From positions 290,948-354,947 of the forward strand of contig DISV01000005.1 in assembly GCA_002422025.1 (NCBI GenBank): 64,000 nt of DNA. The letters run 5' to 3'. Below, piece by piece: positions 50,206-59,313 of the stretch; position 1 is the stretch's first letter, and every line of letters begins with the position of its first letter. The DNA is from Patescibacteria group bacterium UBA6201. Its GTDB lineage: Bacteria > Patescibacteriota > Minisyncoccia > Phycocordibacterales > UBA918. The notes below the pieces were generated by a model that was given only the letters and a program-made list of their open reading frames with translations, was not told the origin of the DNA and made no database searches. The position numbers were made by a program, and so were the translations under genes.

Positions 50206-51138
50206 CTATTTACTCATGTCCCTTAATATCCTGATTCTTTCCGCTGCAGGTGGGTGAGTTTGGAAAAGATTAGAAATTTTCTGCCCAAGCGTACGTTTTT
50301 CAGAACCAAATGGATCGGCAATGAAAAGGTGTGCAGTAGCGTTATTAGCTCGCTTCATCGGCTGACTATAATGACTAATTTTTTCGAGCGCAGAAGCTAG
50401 ACCCTCCGGATAGCGAGTAAGTAAAGCGCCAGAGGCGTCAGCTAAATATTCACGTTTCCTAGAGATGGCTAATTGAATCATCTGCGCAGCAATCGGAGCT
50501 AATATAATGCCAACGATACCAAGTACCAAGAAGATTACTCCTGCCTTACTATCGCGATCATCACCTCCACCCCACAGCATTGAGCGCATAAAGAGGTCAG
50601 CAATAATGGCAATGAATCCTGCAAGGACAACAGCGACAGTTGAGACCAACATATCGCGGTTTCCGACATGAGAAAGCTCGTGTGCCATAACACCCTCGAG
50701 TTCAGTACGATCTAAAACCGCTAAAAGGCCAGTTGTAGCGGCCACTACAGCGTTCTCAGGATTGCGACCAGTAGCAAAAGCATTCGGAGCCGAATCATTC
50801 ACGACATACACTTTAGGCATTGGTAGACCAGCGGTAATAGAGAGGTTCTCCACGATCTGAATCAGGTCTCGGTATTCACGTGGGTCAGCCGGTTTCGCTC
50901 CCGTCATTGCAACAACAAGCTTATCACTCCACCAGTAACTGCCGACATTCATAAACAGCGCAAATGCGATGGCAACATACATTATTGAAGGATTACTGTA
51001 GTACCAGTTAAGGAAGTACCCAATAGCGATAACCAAGGCAAAGAACATCGCCATCAAAAACCAGGTCTTACGAATATTTTCAGATTGATGTGTATACAGG
51101 GTCATAATTAGTTGCTTAGTACACAGTACGCAGTACAC
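50206..51138 (-). CDS. htpX: Zinc metalloprotease HtpX (M48 family)
   Basis: HELSHVGNRD zinc-binding motif and 4 TM helices; the size is typical. Confidence 0.9.
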   Translation of the reverse strand: MYCVLCTKQLIMTLYTHQSENIRKTWFLMAMFFALVIAIGYFLNWYYSNPSIMYVAIAFALFMNVGSYWWSDKLVVAMTGAKPADPREYRDLIQIVENLSITAGLPMPKVYVVNDSAPNAFATGRNPENAVVAATTGLLAVLDRTELEGVMAHELSHVGNRDMLVSTVAVVLAGFIAIIADLFMRSMLWGGGDDRDSKAGVIFLVLGIVGIILAPIAAQMIQLAISRKREYLADASGALLTRYPEGLASALEKISHYSQPMKRANNATAHLFIADPFGSEKRTLGQKISNLFQTHPPAAERIRILRDMSK

Positions 51139-51141
51139 AGC
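51118..51141. repeat. Left inverted repeat flanking the four-helix-bundle gene (heptamer-built: agtacac/agtacgc units)
   Basis: agtacacagtacgcagtacacagcac. Its reverse complement matches 51546-51569 at about 22 of 24 positions. Confidence 0.55.
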
Positions 51142-51153
51142 ACGTCATTCTTA

Positions 51154-51507
51154 CTATACTGAGAGACTAGTTATCAGCTTATTAAGCATTTTCCGTACTA
51201 CAGTTGTCTGCTCCTGTATTCTATCAAATTCTGCGCCTCCTACTAAACTTAACTTTTTAGAGATAATAAGCTGCGTTTCTAATTCAGCACTGGACCCATA
51301 CGAAATACGAAGGAAGCGAACAAAATCTCCACTACTCTTCCTGGCATGACCCTCAGCAATATTCGATGGTATTGATACAGCACTTCTTCTCATTTGGTTA
51401 ACTAGACCGAATTTTTCACTATCAGGAAAATCGGCAGTTACTGTATATATCAATGTAACTAATTCAATACTTCTCTGCCAAACTAGAAGGTCTTGATAAA
51501 TTTCCAT
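51154..51507 (-). CDS. Four-helix-bundle protein of the rRNA intervening-sequence (IVS)-associated family (start placed at MEIYQDLLVWQ)
   Basis: MEIYQDLLVWQRSIELVTLIYTVTADFPDSEKFGLVNQMRRSAVSIPSNIAEGHARKSSGDFVRFLRISYGSSAELETQL matches the TIGR02436-type four-helix-bundle family. Confidence 0.7.
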   Translation of the reverse strand: MEIYQDLLVWQRSIELVTLIYTVTADFPDSEKFGLVNQMRRSAVSIPSNIAEGHARKSSGDFVRFLRISYGSSAELETQLIISKKLSLVGGAEFDRIQEQTTVVRKMLNKLITSLSV

Positions 51508-51545
51508 AAATTTTGTTACGTACTGCGTCCCAACGTGCTGCGTAC

Positions 51546-51569
51546 TGTGTACTGCGTCCTGTGTACTAA
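51546..51569. repeat. Right inverted repeat flanking the four-helix-bundle gene (tandem gtactgc/gtactgt heptamers)
   Basis: The block ttacgtactgcgtcccaacgtgctgcgtactgtgtactgcgtcctgtgtact contains 4-5 heptamer units. It pairs with the left repeat. Confidence 0.55.
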
Positions 51570-53267
51570 CTACCAACTTCCCCCACCACCACCCCCTGCG
51601 CCACCGCCCGAAGAACCTCCACCAGAAGAAGCTGAGACAGATGCTCCGGTAGAAGCTACTGACGAAGAAAATGTTCCCAAGCTGTTGGTCAAATAAAGCG
51701 CGGAGAAAGTAGAGCCATTCTTATCTTCGTACCAGGAAGGATTTGGGATAGTAATTCCTTCAAAAACTTTAGCCCATTCCTTCTCAACCTTAAAAGCAAT
51801 AGCATAGGGAAGATATTCCATGAATTGTTCCGGGCTTTTCTTCGGCGCATTATGGAAAGCAAAACGCTCCTTATCAGTGACCGAAAGAAATGTTTTGAAG
51901 CCTTTAAGGTAATCAAGAGCCTCATATCCCTTGCGTGTCCGGCGGCGGTAGAAGAAGGTCGCAATCACGGAACTCACCACAAAAGTAATTACGGCAATTG
52001 CAGTTGGCGTAACCATTTCTGCACCAACAATAAAGGTAGCGCCGAGCAACAACAGTAATGTAATAAGGAGAGAGGACGACAACTTAAGTGGCATTTTCCA
52101 CTTATGCTCAAAGAAACCTTGCAGAATTAAATCTGACTCGGCCGCAGACTTTAACTCTGTTAGTAATTTGTGGTTTTTTGTCACCTTACTTGTATCCTTA
52201 GCAATCTCACTTAACACGATAGTACTACCCACTGTCGCATCTTCAGCAAACAGTAAGGTAAATATTTTCTTTTGTAACTCAGTCGGAAGCTCCTCGTAGG
52301 GACGCAAAAGGGTTATCTCGTAATCATCAGTCTCTATAAAAAAGAACACCTTTCGGCCAATGTGTTTGATTTTCAGGAAACCTTGTTCAGCCAAGTAGAC
52401 AATACCAGCAGTGATATCGTGTGGGTCAATACGACCATCAAACAAGAGTCCGGTGTACATCGGCTTGAAATCTTCATATGGCTCATACTGCGCAATTATA
52501 GAAGCATCCGTTCTGTGTGCTACGTAGTACCTATATAAGAACCAAGTAAGCCAAATGAACCACAAGAATGCACCTATGAGCCACAATGGCCAAAGTGACA
52601 ACCGCTCCATAATTAATCTATCCACTAAGGTTGGATCAAGTGACAGAGCGACCGTTAGTCCCTCACCAGAATCAAGAGCCACTGGACCAAAATCAAACGC
52701 ACCCTTACCAAGTATCGAAGGACACTCGTCTGTCGAACCAGTAGGGCCGAAGTAACAGTGGTATTCGGACAAGACAAGACCTTCCTGGTCGTATACCCTC
52801 ACTAAAGCATTTTCGATTGGAACTTCCCAACCGTTACCAGTCGCATTCCAGTACAAATCCACCCCTCCCTGGTCGTAGTAAGTGAGACCACCTTCAACTG
52901 TGTAGTTAATGATATAAGTATGCTCACCACTAATGGTCTGGCTCGGGTCACCAATCTTTATTTCCAACTCTCCAATATTCTCGCTCCGCTCAAATATAGC
53001 AGTCTCACCATCTACTGACACCGAGAAGTTCACTATCTCCAGATACCGCTCTTTGAACCATTCCTCGCTTTCTTGAAAATGTTTTGTCGGTATAAAGCGA
53101 AATATTCCGTGTTTATCTTCAGACTCAAAATCGTAAACAATAGTTTCACTTACAGAGAAAGAACCATCACTTTCTAGAGTAATCTCTGAAATAAACGAAT
53201 GTATAGTCTCTGCCCTGACCGATATCGGTACTAGAATGAGGACCAATAACAGGATAAGTTTTTTCAT
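51570..53267 (-). CDS. DUF2207-family membrane protein with Gly-rich C-terminal tail
   Basis: Signal peptide, a large extracytoplasmic domain, TM helices, and a tail SSGGGSSGGGAGGGGGGSW. It is adjacent to LemA, the typical pairing. Confidence 0.65.
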   Translation of the reverse strand: MKKLILLLVLILVPISVRAETIHSFISEITLESDGSFSVSETIVYDFESEDKHGIFRFIPTKHFQESEEWFKERYLEIVNFSVSVDGETAIFERSENIGELEIKIGDPSQTISGEHTYIINYTVEGGLTYYDQGGVDLYWNATGNGWEVPIENALVRVYDQEGLVLSEYHCYFGPTGSTDECPSILGKGAFDFGPVALDSGEGLTVALSLDPTLVDRLIMERLSLWPLWLIGAFLWFIWLTWFLYRYYVAHRTDASIIAQYEPYEDFKPMYTGLLFDGRIDPHDITAGIVYLAEQGFLKIKHIGRKVFFFIETDDYEITLLRPYEELPTELQKKIFTLLFAEDATVGSTIVLSEIAKDTSKVTKNHKLLTELKSAAESDLILQGFFEHKWKMPLKLSSSLLITLLLLLGATFIVGAEMVTPTAIAVITFVVSSVIATFFYRRRTRKGYEALDYLKGFKTFLSVTDKERFAFHNAPKKSPEQFMEYLPYAIAFKVEKEWAKVFEGITIPNPSWYEDKNGSTFSALYLTNSLGTFSSSVASTGASVSASSGGGSSGGGAGGGGGGSW

Positions 53268-53359
53268 AACTTGCTACCTTGATGACTATTCATCAACAAA
53301 GCCACTTCTTCTAGGGCCGAGTCAAATATTGATCCGACCGTGTCAGCTTTCGTGGTGGA

Positions 53360-53947
53360 TTAGAATTGAACTTTCACTGGCTCTTTAGCTGCCTGTTCAT
53401 TTTCACCTAACTCAAAGTACTCACGTTCCTTGAAGTTGAACATACTACCAATTAAGTTTGATGGGAAAGATTGTAGCGCAATACCAAGGTCGCGTACGTT
53501 GCCGTTATAGAAACGACGTGCGGCTTGAATTTTGTTTTCAGTGTCAGTGAGTTCTCTTTGTAGTTCAATAAAGTTCTGGTTAGCCTTTAGATCAGGGTAA
53601 TTTTCAGCAATTGCCAAAAGTTTACCTAGTGAGTTAGTCAAAGCACCCTCAGCAGCAGCCATAGCCTGAATCTGCTCTGGAGTGATATTAGATGGGTCCA
53701 CGTGCACCGCGGTAGCCTTGGCACGCGCCTCGGTCACAGATTCAAGTGTACCTCGCTCGTGAGAAACATAACCTTTGACACTCTCAATTAAGTTTGGAAT
53801 AAGATCATAGCGACGCTTAAGTTGCACATCAATGTCCGCCCAAGCCTCCATAGCTCTTTGAGTGAGCGAAACGAAACGGTTGTATGCCCAAATAGCCCAA
53901 ACAACCACAACGGCCGCCACAATCAATAAAATAGTCATTAGTTCCAT
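53360..53947 (-). CDS. lemA: LemA family protein
   Basis: N-terminal TM helix followed by the conserved LemA region (YNRFVSLTQRAMEAWADIDVQLKRRYDLIPNLIESVKGY). Confidence 0.85.
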   Translation of the reverse strand: MELMTILLIVAAVVVVWAIWAYNRFVSLTQRAMEAWADIDVQLKRRYDLIPNLIESVKGYVSHERGTLESVTEARAKATAVHVDPSNITPEQIQAMAAAEGALTNSLGKLLAIAENYPDLKANQNFIELQRELTDTENKIQAARRFYNGNVRDLGIALQSFPSNLIGSMFNFKEREYFELGENEQAAKEPVKVQF

Positions 53948-53990
53948 AACACAATGTGTATTAACTGATACACGAAAATTCTACCATAAG

Positions 53991-54018
53991 TTGACAGCCT
54001 CTGGAAATGTTATACTAT
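53991..54018 (+). promoter_or_regulatory. Sigma-70-like promoter for the 54047 gene (-35 TTGACA, -10 TACTAT), followed by SD aaggagg
   Basis: ttgaca-N16-tactat at 53991-54018. The RBS aaggagg lies at 54035-54041, 5 nt before the ATG. An inverted repeat gtgtat-taactg-atacac lies just upstream (53954-53973). Confidence 0.4.
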
Positions 54019-54046
54019 TCGTCTCTGGATCAACAAGGAGGTTTTA

Positions 54047-54445
54047 ATGCCCTTAGTAGTGTATATAGGTGATGAGAAGGATGCTGAGAAATTAGCGACC
54101 GAACTCGGCCGAGGTGAATGCCAAGTGGGCTATTTCAGCACCAATCTGGAAAAAATGGACTGGCTCTTGTCTTTCGAGCCACCCGGCATCATGATCTGCG
54201 AATTGGATGCCGTAGAAAAGGCATTCCAGAATGACTCTGAAATCGCAGGGTACATCCAGGACGTCTCTCAAACAGATGTCCCTATCGTGCTTCTCGTGAA
54301 TGAAGGAGATTTTTCAAACACGACACCGCGCTTTACCGGTACCAGTAACGCTCGTATCAACCTTTGCATCAAAGGCGACGGGGACACAACCAGGCTCGTG
54401 AACCACGTTCATGCAGTACTTGGCCAGAAATGCCAAACGCATTAA
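54047..54445 (+). CDS. Stand-alone receiver (CheY-like) domain protein with atypical acceptor pocket
   Basis: (beta-alpha)5 pattern: LVVYIGDE... PGIMICELD ... VPIVLLVNEGD. Confidence 0.4.
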   Translation: MPLVVYIGDEKDAEKLATELGRGECQVGYFSTNLEKMDWLLSFEPPGIMICELDAVEKAFQNDSEIAGYIQDVSQTDVPIVLLVNEGDFSNTTPRFTGTSNARINLCIKGDGDTTRLVNHVHAVLGQKCQTH

Positions 54446-54448
54446 GAA

Positions 54449-54487
54449 CAGCCGGAGGCGCTAGCGCCTCCGGCTGAATTTTTATTT
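54449..54487 (+). terminator. Rho-independent terminator
   Basis: cagccggaggcgc-tag-cgcctccggctg followed by aatttttattt. Confidence 0.7.
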
Positions 54488-54540
54488 GGACCAAGCCTTT
54501 TGAATCTAAGATCGTTACTGATAAGTTTTTATACAGTAGT

Positions 54541-54825
54541 TTACTTTGAACCCTCACCTTCACTATTCATCTTTAACGGACTAATCACAGGCTCATCAGA
54601 AAGCCCTAAGTCTCTAATCTCTTGGCCAGTTTTTTGCTCAATCTCCTGAATTTGTTTAGTCAGAGCACGAGCAAATGTCTTCGAGGCAGATAACGGTAAA
54701 GCAAACCTAAATTCTTCTTCGCCAGAACCAAAAGAAATGACATGCAGACCATTCAGTATGCGACAGTGAAAACTCTCTACCAAAACTTTCATCGGTCCCT
54801 TTCCTGGTCTAATAGGCTCATCCAT
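54541..54825 (-). CDS. Small hypothetical protein (94 aa)
   Basis: ORF directly downstream of repeat copy B; no homology recognised. Confidence 0.4.
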   Translation of the reverse strand: MDEPIRPGKGPMKVLVESFHCRILNGLHVISFGSGEEEFRFALPLSASKTFARALTKQIQEIEQKTGQEIRDLGLSDEPVISPLKMNSEGEGSK

Positions 54826-54872
54826 AAATTAATTGTGATAGTTATTAGTTGTTTTAGTAGCCTTAGTAAGGT

Positions 54873-54985
54873 TAAAACTTTAAAATCGAATGCAGTTCTA
54901 CGAGTCGGAAAAAATTTTACGAAGGAGGCGTATAACGAAATACGATGACTGAGGAAAATTTTTGAAACCACAGAAATGCGTCGAT
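54873..54985. repeat. Copy B of the ~105-115 bp element with terminal inverted repeats
   Basis: About 85% identical to 26334-26447. It sits 17 bp downstream of the groEL stop and about 50 bp upstream of the 94-aa gene. Confidence 0.6.
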
Positions 54986-54995
54986 TTTGGAGGTT

Positions 54996-56636
54996 TTAGT
55001 ACATTCCCCCCATATCTGGCATCATCGCTGGAGACTTAGAATCTTCAGGCTCATCAGCTACAGCGGCTTCGGTGGTCAACAATATTGCAGCTGCCGACAC
55101 CGCATGCTGCACACAAGCTCTCTCTACCTTAACTGGATCAATGATACCGGCCTTAATCATATCGTCGACAAACTCACCCTTGAAAGCGTCATAACCTGCA
55201 TTACCTTCAGAGCTCTTCACCTTATCAACAACCACCGCACCATCTATCTTGCCAGTATTGTCAGCAATCTGTCGTAGAGGTACCTCAAGGGCCTTCAATA
55301 CTATATTATAGCCAACCAGCTCCTCACGTCCTAGATCTTTCTTACCCAAAAGATTCTTCTCGACAACAGCAGCCGCGCGAGTGAGTGAAGTCCCTCCACC
55401 TGGAACAATTCCTTCCTCAATGGCGGCTTTAGTAGCGTTGACAGCGTCTTCTATCTTCAATTTTAGATACTTCATCTCCATCTCTGTTGCAGCACCAACA
55501 CGCAACACAGCCACTCCACCCCCAAGCTTAGCGATTCGTTCCTCTAACTTTTCCTTGTCATATTTAGAAGTAGTGTTCTCTAGCTGGCTCTTCAAGGCAG
55601 ACACTCGATTCTCAATTTCAGTCTTTTCGCCTGCGCCTCCAACAATAACAGTCTTGTCCTTTGTAGACATCACGCGGCTAGCCTTACCTAATTGAGAAAT
55701 TTCAGTATTTTCCAACTTCAATCCAAGTTCTTCAGTAATAACCTGACCACCCACCATAACGGCGATGTCATTTAATACCTCCTTCTTTCGGTCACCAAAG
55801 CCAGGAGCCTTGATAGCTAACACTGAGAATCCACCCTTTAATTTATTGATGACAAAAGTGGTGAGCGCCTCGCCGTCAATATCATCAGCGATAATAACGA
55901 GTTCCTTACGACCAGTTTGAGCGATTTTCTCAAGCAGTGGAAGAATCTCCTTTACTGAAGACACCTTTGCGTCCGTAATAAGAATTTGTGCATCCTTGTA
56001 CTCAGCCTCCATTCGTTCACCATTCGTTACCATATAAGGAGATACGTAACCCTTATCGAATTCCATACCTTCAGTAAACTCTGTTTCAATACCGAAAGAT
56101 TGACCTTCTTCCACAGTCACGACACCATCCTTACCGACCTTCTCTATAGTTTCAGCAATTTTTTCACCAATTTCAACATTCTCGGCAGAGATGGTAGCAA
56201 CTTGCTTGATTTCATCAGTCGACTTTATCTTAGTCGACATCGAGCGTAAGGCCTCCACCACATCTACAGCAGCATGCTCCATTCCGGTCCGCACAGCCAT
56301 TGAGTTTAGACCCATTGAAGTTTGACGTAGACCTTCATTGACCAAAGCTTGCATCAACACGGTCGCAGTAGTCGTACCATCTCCAGCTAGTTCATTGGTC
56401 TTGTTTGCTACCTCTTTCACCATCTCAGCACCCATATTCTCAAACTTGTCCTTAAGGGTGATTTCCTTAGCGATAGAAACGCCATCGTTGGTAATGGTTG
56501 GTCCTCCATAACCCTTATCGAGAATTACATTCCGTCCTCGCGGACCAAGAGTAACCTTTACAGCATTAGCTACAGTATCAACACCTTTTTTCAACTTCTT
56601 CTTTACTTCTTCATCAAAAATTACTTGTTTGGCCAT
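54996..56636 (-). CDS. groL: Chaperonin GroEL (60 kDa)
   Basis: [41 protein letters not shown]..., the ATP-binding motifs, and a C-terminal GGM-type tail (MMPDMGGMY). Confidence 0.95.
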   Translation of the reverse strand: MAKQVIFDEEVKKKLKKGVDTVANAVKVTLGPRGRNVILDKGYGGPTITNDGVSIAKEITLKDKFENMGAEMVKEVANKTNELAGDGTTTATVLMQALVNEGLRQTSMGLNSMAVRTGMEHAAVDVVEALRSMSTKIKSTDEIKQVATISAENVEIGEKIAETIEKVGKDGVVTVEEGQSFGIETEFTEGMEFDKGYVSPYMVTNGERMEAEYKDAQILITDAKVSSVKEILPLLEKIAQTGRKELVIIADDIDGEALTTFVINKLKGGFSVLAIKAPGFGDRKKEVLNDIAVMVGGQVITEELGLKLENTEISQLGKASRVMSTKDKTVIVGGAGEKTEIENRVSALKSQLENTTSKYDKEKLEERIAKLGGGVAVLRVGAATEMEMKYLKLKIEDAVNATKAAIEEGIVPGGGTSLTRAAAVVEKNLLGKKDLGREELVGYNIVLKALEVPLRQIADNTGKIDGAVVVDKVKSSEGNAGYDAFKGEFVDDMIKAGIIDPVKVERACVQHAVSAAAILLTTEAAVADEPEDSKSPAMMPDMGGMY

Positions 56637-56713
56637 AAATTAGCGCTTAGTTATTAGCTCTTGGCACTTAGTTTAGAAACGAGCCCTAAGGACTAAGTAC
56701 TACGAGCTATGTG

Positions 56714-57022
56714 CTAGTTAATAATCGCGAGTATGTCACCCTCTGACAATATCCAATATTCCTTCTCATCAAGCTTGGTTGGGTCACCCCAGGTACGAAA
56801 TATTACCTTGTCTCCTTCCTTAACTTCCATAGGAATTCTCTTTTCTCCATCCTCATCCCATTTTCCAACACCAACCGCCACCACAATTCCTTGCTCTGGC
56901 TTATCTTTCTTTGCAGTATCCGGAATAATAATGCCTGAAGCGGACACATTTCCCGCCTCTTCATCACTCAGTGAACGAACCACGACGCGATCTGCGAGGG
57001 GCTTTATATTGATCTCTGACAT
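56714..57022 (-). CDS. groS: Co-chaperonin GroES (start placed at MSEINIKPLADRVVV)
   Basis: GroES consensus (IKPLADRVVV...GIIIPDTAKKDKPEQGIVVAVG...GDKVIF); the longest ORF is extended upstream. Confidence 0.9.
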   Translation of the reverse strand: MSEINIKPLADRVVVRSLSDEEAGNVSASGIIIPDTAKKDKPEQGIVVAVGVGKWDEDGEKRIPMEVKEGDKVIFRTWGDPTKLDEKEYWILSEGDILAIIN

Positions 57023-57192
57023 AGACAAAAAAGCTAAATTAATTAAACAACTTCGGATTAGACCACTCCCTACTAACCATTGGACACTTATCTCGAAATC
57101 TCGAAATCTGCTCCTTTCAATCACGTTAATCGGGGTCGGTCTTAGAGTAACATTTTCGTGACAGATAACCCAATTATCCGAAAGTTGCGGTG

Positions 57193-57221
57193 ATTATAAT
57201 AATTAGACTTTGCGTTTTCAA
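57193..57221 (-). promoter_or_regulatory. Sigma-70-like promoter on the minus strand upstream of groES (TTGAAA-17-TATAAT)
   Basis: The reverse complement reads ttgaaa-acgcaaagtctaattat-tataat. The ~160-nt leader contains the tandem repeat atctcgaaatctcgaaatct (about 57080-57100). No CIRCE element was found. Confidence 0.4.
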
Positions 57222-57247
57222 GTCTACATGCTATCATCTTCCGTGAC

Positions 57248-57490
57248 ATGGAATTCGTCAGATCAGTCGTGATTCCGATACTGCCCTACATACAGATAGT
57301 CCTCTCCATTCTCTTGGTAGCAGCAATCTTGCTCCAACAGAGAGGTTCTAGTCTTGGTGGCGCCTTCGGAGGTGATAACTTTAGTGCAGCCTTTCACAAA
57401 CGTCGTGGTGGGGAGCTTTTCCTATTTCGCCTTTCAATCATACTAGCAGTTTTGTTTGTACTCTCTGCTTTGATTCACATCATTGTCTAA
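57248..57490 (+). CDS. secG: Preprotein translocase subunit SecG
   Basis: Two TM helices with the conserved ILLQQRGSSLGGAFGG loop motif. Confidence 0.7.
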   Translation: MEFVRSVVIPILPYIQIVLSILLVAAILLQQRGSSLGGAFGGDNFSAAFHKRRGGELFLFRLSIILAVLFVLSALIHIIV

Positions 57491-57549
57491 ATCAACTAAC
57501 CGCCAACTGACTTCGCGGTTCCACGCTTTTAAAAGCCTATAATTATTGT

Positions 57550-59295
57550 ATGAACTTACGCTCTCCGAAACTCTTCGGAACTTCCCTTTTTGACAAATTC
57601 TTTTCCTACCTAGACTCACTACAACCAGTGGACCGTATTATTTTTGGTACCTTATTGCTGATTTTCTTCGTTGCTACAACATATAATTTTTATGTTTTTG
57701 CCAGCGGATTTCTAGTAAAAGTACCAGTATCTGGTGGGACCTTAGTGGAAGGCACTGTTGGAAGTCCGCGTTTTATCAATCCAGTCTTAGCTATTACACG
57801 GGCTGATAACGACCTAGTTGCATTAACCCATAGTGGTCTTCTTCGTCTTGGAGAGGACGGCGTACTAGAAAACGATTTAGCTGAAAGTATTACTGTCTCT
57901 GAAGATGGTCTGGTCTATAACATCATCATGCATAATGACCGTTATTTCCACGATGGTGTCAAAGTCACAGCCGATGACGTAGCATTCACTATAGGCCTAA
58001 TTCAGAAGGCGTCTTTAAAATCACCCTTACGGGGAAACTGGAGCGGTGTAACTGTTGAAGTAATAAACAGTCAGGAACTTAATCTAGTATTAGAAAATCC
58101 ATACACCCCCTTTCGAGAGAATCTAACTCTAGGAATCCTACCTAAACACATCTGGCAAACTTTGAGTGACGAGGAATTTCCTTTTAGTCAACATAATGTT
58201 GAGCCAATTGCGAGTGGACCTTACAAAATCTCCGCCATCGCTCGTAATTCGGCAGGTTTAGCTTCAGAATATCAACTTGAACTTTCTGAAGGTTATCGCC
58301 AGGAGGGTCATATTGAAAATATTACCTTTCGCTTTTATCAAAACGAAGAAGAAATTATTGCCGCTTTAAACGCTGGCGAAATAACTAGTGCAGCCTCACT
58401 TAGTGAACGTTGGCTCACAGAGTTGGACCGAGAAAAATTTAACTTTATTTCCGAACCACTACCGCGCGTTTTCTCTATTTTCTTTAATCAAAATCGTAAC
58501 CCCGTTTTGCGAGATGAATCAGCAAGAAAGGCACTGAATTTAGCCATCGATCGCGACGAACTCGTCTCACGTGCTGTCAGTGGTTTTGGGAAACCAACAG
58601 ACACACCAATACCAGCCGGCTGGGTAGAATTAGAGACTGAAGAAAAACCACACAAGACAAAGGAAGAAAGGATGGCTGAGGCGGCACAGGCACTGTCAGA
58701 TGGAGGTTGGGTACAAAACCAAAACGGCCGTTGGGAAAAAGAGATCGATGGTGCTTCTATGCCATTAGTTATAACAGTACGTTCCGCTAACGGTATACTA
58801 TTTGAAAGAATGGCTAGTTATCTAAGTGAGACCTGGCAATCATTAGGTGCTGAAGTGACCTTTGAATTTTACGAACAGAGCGACCTAGTACAAACAATCA
58901 TTCGTCCCCGCGATTACCAGGCACTTTTATTCGGGATGGATATCGGACGTTCTCTCGACCTCTATCCTTTCTGGCACTCAGCCAGTCGGGAAGATCCAGG
59001 ACTAAACGTCTCACTATATGCAAACATTACTGTAGATAGGCTTGTGAACGAAATGCGTATTGCTACATCGACAGAGGCACGAGATGGGATTATCCAAAAG
59101 TTTGTAACTGAGATAGAGAGTGAACAACCAGCCATCTTTCTTTTTACTCCCTCATTTGAGTACGTCACCACCAAGAACATAATCGTTGCGCCAATGAAAA
59201 AAATTCAGAAGCCAAGCGAACGATTCAGTAATGTGAGAGACTGGTACATAAATCAAAGTGGTGTTTGGCCAATATTTGTAAAAAATAATAATTAA
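57550..59295 (+). CDS. ABC transporter substrate-binding protein, family 5 (peptide/nickel-type), membrane anchored
   Basis: N-terminal TM/signal region and the SBP_bac_5 pattern (GGTLVEGTVGSPRFINPVLAITRADNDLVALTHSGLLRL...). No permease genes are adjacent. Confidence 0.75.
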   Translation: MNLRSPKLFGTSLFDKFFSYLDSLQPVDRIIFGTLLLIFFVATTYNFYVFASGFLVKVPVSGGTLVEGTVGSPRFINPVLAITRADNDLVALTHSGLLRLGEDGVLENDLAESITVSEDGLVYNIIMHNDRYFHDGVKVTADDVAFTIGLIQKASLKSPLRGNWSGVTVEVINSQELNLVLENPYTPFRENLTLGILPKHIWQTLSDEEFPFSQHNVEPIASGPYKISAIARNSAGLASEYQLELSEGYRQEGHIENITFRFYQNEEEIIAALNAGEITSAASLSERWLTELDREKFNFISEPLPRVFSIFFNQNRNPVLRDESARKALNLAIDRDELVSRAVSGFGKPTDTPIPAGWVELETEEKPHKTKEERMAEAAQALSDGGWVQNQNGRWEKEIDGASMPLVITVRSANGILFERMASYLSETWQSLGAEVTFEFYEQSDLVQTIIRPRDYQALLFGMDIGRSLDLYPFWHSASREDPGLNVSLYANITVDRLVNEMRIATSTEARDGIIQKFVTEIESEQPAIFLFTPSFEYVTTKNIIVAPMKKIQKPSERFSNVRDWYINQSGVWPIFVKNNN

Positions 59296-59313
59296 AAAAT
59301 TAACAATAATAAT

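Noticed and set aside
57023-57247. CIRCE (HrcA) operator upstream of groES
   Set aside because: I searched for TTAGCACTC-N9-GAGTGCTAA on both strands and found no match. Only a sigma-70-like promoter and a short tandem repeat are present.
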